Below, one piece after another: positions 61,098 to 64,000 of a DNA stretch of 64,000 nt. Source of the stretch: Fimicolochytrium jonesii (lineage: Eukaryota); the NCBI RefSeq assembly GCF_025526975.1, contig NW_026515675.1, positions 186,001 through 250,000 on the forward strand, read 5' to 3'. The notes below the pieces were generated by a model. It was given only the letters and a program-made list of their open reading frames with translations. It made no database searches and had not been told where the DNA came from. How positions within the stretch are numbered: the stretch's first letter is position 1; each line of letters starts with the position of its first letter. Both the position numbers and the translations under genes were made by a program.

Positions 61098-62262
61098 TCA
61101 AGCGATGACCGCCCGCTTCAGGCCACACGACGAACAAAACTTCTCCTCCGTCCCGAACTGATGCCCACAATCCCCGCAAAACTTTGCCAGCGTCCCTGGC
61201 CCAGCCGCCGTGATAGGCCGCACAACCACCGGAAGAGCAGCAGCTGTGGCCAATGTGGCTCTCGGGGCGGTCATTTCGGATGCTTTCGCGGCTGAGTTCG
61301 GCTGGATGGGTGAAGCTGGACGCGCGGCTGTGGTGGGCCGTGTTTTAGGCTTCAGGGATCGGCTGGCCATGACTTGGACTTTACCGCCGCCAAGAGATTC
61401 GACGGCTCTGGATTTGGTGGGTGTGGCGGACAGTGTGGAGGGTTCTGGGTCTTTCCCGCTGGCGGCTGCGGCGGCTGCCATACGTTTTTCACGTTCTTTG
61501 GCGAAATGTCCGCCTGGTTTGCATGATCTACGGCGTAGTGTCTCTTTCAGTCATGAGATTCATATGTCGTCCAGAAGCATGTGGCCACCTACCGAAGATG
61601 AATCTCTAGCCTATCCCGTAGGAACTAAAAGACGGGAATGACAACGCTTAGTGAACCATCCTCAAACTTCACACAAGTCAGTCGTCCGCCAATCAGTATC
61701 TTACCCCTCTGCCACAATTCGGACACTCTTCCCTCCCCTCGTTCATAAACGTCTGAAACGCCGCCTCGTTATACTCGCCGGCCGTCATCTTTCCACCCAC
61801 GGGCGTGCCATCGTTGCCAACGAGCTGCGGTGGTTTCGGCCGCGTGCGCCGCTGATCCCGGGGCAGCGCCGCGTTCTGCTTATCCCACTTTTCGATGCAG
61901 TTTTTCTCGTGGATCTGTATTGATTTCGAACCTGTGCGCACACACCAAGCAGGGTTCAGTCGGATGTATGTGGTGTGATGGAGGATTTGGCGGCTGGCAT
62001 GGATGTTGTGTAACTTCGCCTTTACATACCAAACTCTCTTCCTGAATAATCGACAGAATCAGCAAGGCTAGTTTGTGACCCAACAACACAGCACAGCCAT
62101 CACATACCACAGATGTAGCACATCCTGGTTTGCGAGCACACGAGAAGTAGCACACTAGGATTAGCACAACAGGATAAGCACACCAGGATTTACCAGATTT
62201 TACCTGGTGAACGGGTTTCGGCCCTCTGCCTTGGCGGATACATGTGTCGGGTTCATAGCCAT
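61098..62262 (-). CDS. C2HC-type zinc finger protein (ZNF474/ZC2HC1-like) with a C-terminal zinc ribbon, 6 exons
   Basis: Exons 62262-62204, 62124-62108, 62041-62030, 61931-61705, 61624-61593, 61527-61098 give [47 protein letters not shown] and KFCGDCG...KFCSSCG. Confidence 0.88.
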
Positions 62263-63155
62263 CTTGGTATATCTGGGATTGAATACAATGCATAAGCGAC
62301 ATGTTGCAACTCGAAGGCAATTCCGGGAAGTTTCGCAGAACTCGGTGGGGAAGCACAGCCAGCTGAGGTGAGGTATCCGCACCTACTCTATGAGTTTGAG
62401 GCTCAGGTCAGAGCTAATTTCCCATGGGTTTCAGTCTTCTTTCTCGTTCTGGATTCTGGGCGTCTTCCCAGGTTCCGAGTCTGCGCTCTCGCTCGTTGTG
62501 GTATGCTTCCCCAAAACTTCAGTTGCTACACTCGCTGTTATGGAACCGCCCTGCTTTTGCCAATGCTCCCTTTCACTCGGTGGTGAATGTGCTACTACCC
62601 AACCTACGATATGCCAGGGTATGCTTGAAGCTCTACACCAATTTTGAAACTGACACGAGGACGACGGAGAAACAAGAAACTTGGTTCCCACCCTACGACT
62701 CCCCGGTTTCTGAACAAGGTTTGAATTCCACACTTTATTCCTTCGACGCTTTCGACGCGTATGCCCAAGATGCATGTAAGATGGGTCCAGCATACTTACA
62801 TACTATGTACGCAAAGGCATTGCGTGCCAAGAAGCGACGGGACCTGAGGAAACACTGATGGTGAAGCACCTTCTGTCGTATGCCGTGGGGAAGTTTGGCC
62901 CTACCCGCGTCTCCGTCTCCAAATATTCGCACTGACTGAGGAACTTCCTCGGAAGATAGGTTCGTGCATTGCCGACATTTATTGTTCAGTCTGAGCAATC
63001 GACTCACAGCACTTCGATGTAGCATCGGGATTTGGAGCAGCAATGAATAAGCGTTATTTGCGCTAACGATCAATACAAAGACGGGTACAGAAGAACGCCG
63101 TGATAAAGATCGGGCCCCGCCGATGCCCTTCCAAAACGTATCCATCATCTTCCCC

Positions 63156-64000
63156 TCACATCCCCTTCCGACACGAATCACAAAACTTCGCCTTCCTATC
63201 CGCTTCTTCCCTCACTATCTTCAACTGCCCTTGCAAAAACTCTTTGCTTTTGCCCAAAGCCAAAATCAGCCTATCCTTCCTCTTATTCTCCGCCTCGAGA
63301 TGGGTGATATATTCGTGGATGTTATCCGCCGACATGGTTGTCGTAGCTGAACTGGAGGGCGTCGCGTCTGTGGAGTCGAAGATGGTCTGCTGCGAGCAAT
63401 GGAAGGGGGTCGGGGAGGGCGGAGATGAGAGCAGGGAGGACGTTTTCTGGGGTGCTTTGCGGTCGACCGTCGCGGGTGGGGTATCAAGCTCGTGGAACTG
63501 AGGGAAGCGAGGCGGCGGGCCTTGGGGAGTGAACGCGTTGGGACGGGCTTCGTGCGGCGTCGGCGTTGGGAGAGGATGTTTTTGGGTCGACCCCGAGGTA
63601 TGGGACTTTGGTGCTGCGGGCGCAAACGGGTTATTGTCGGGATGTGACGGTGGAAGTTGCGACGACGGTGATGTTGTGCCCGGGGAATCTCTCGTCCGTT
63701 TCTTAACCCGCCCATTATCATACGCGCTGCGTCCCATCGAGGTTGATTTGCCCTGTGGACCACTCGTTCCAGCTTGGACCTGTGATCCTGCTCGGCCTGG
63801 GTTCCCCGCCTCAGCCCCCACTCCATAGAACTCCTCGGCTTGCGAGGGCGCCTGTGACAATATCGTATCCTCATCGCCGCCGAAATCGTCGTCGGCGCTT
63901 GAATATCCGCCCCATTCTGTTCCCTCGCTATCATTCCAACTGGAGCCAATTCCAGCCTGAATCCCTCGCTGTGTGCTATACCAGGCCGTTGGAGAATCTG
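63156..64000 (-). CDS. Hypothetical protein, 5'-partial; disordered region plus C-terminal coiled coil
   Basis: The frame is open from the window end to the stop at 63156; ends YITHLEAENKRKDRLILAL...FCDSCRKGM. Confidence 0.6.
   Translation of the reverse strand, partial: DSPTAWYSTQRGIQAGIGSSWNDSEGTEWGGYSSADDDFGGDEDTILSQAPSQAEEFYGVGAEAGNPGRAGSQVQAGTSGPQGKSTSMGRSAYDNGRVKKRTRDSPGTTSPSSQLPPSHPDNNPFAPAAPKSHTSGSTQKHPLPTPTPHEARPNAFTPQGPPPRFPQFHELDTPPATVDRKAPQKTSSLLSSPPSPTPFHCSQQTIFDSTDATPSSSATTTMSADNIHEYITHLEAENKRKDRLILALGKSKEFLQGQLKIVREEADRKAKFCDSCRKGM

Noticed and set aside
60531..62700. RFX X-box motifs upstream of flagellar genes
   Set aside because: Only partial half-sites were seen; no convincing GTNRCC-N-RGYAAC match.

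Overview
Eukaryotic, intron-rich, gene-dense genomic DNA from a fungus, most likely a zoosporic (chytrid-type) one. The basis is short GT-AG introns with CTAAC/CTGAC-like branch points, fungal housekeeping genes and flagellar genes (IFT54/TRAF3IP1, CFAP57/WDR65, a ZNF474-like C2HC finger). I can support about 22 protein-coding genes and one tRNA-Ser(AGA). Recognisable genes are SPB1, DDB1, SYM1/Mpv17, HEM4, RPL5, IFT54, OPA3, a LYS5-type PPTase, KCS1-type inositol kinase, a RasGAP, RNR1, zuotin/DNAJC2, a Sel1-repeat protein and CFAP57. No intact mobile element or CRISPR array was seen. Best lead: RNR1 appears to have two promoters, and a hidden upstream exon could splice in frame to add a 77-aa extension carrying a bipartite NLS-like motif. 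Tandem ACGCGA (MCB/SCB-like) sites lie upstream of that exon, and a TATA box plus 4x GTCCGAA sit inside the intron. Other leads: an F-BAR-PH-C2-RasGAP fusion, a single-ABD fimbrin fused to a coiled coil, a twice-repeated Cys/His zinc-binding module, a bacterial-looking intronless gene with a C-terminal CP motif divergent from HEM4, 3-17 nt coding (micro)exons, and a C-rich/G-rich skew oscillation. All family calls are from recognition of motifs by eye; no database search was run.
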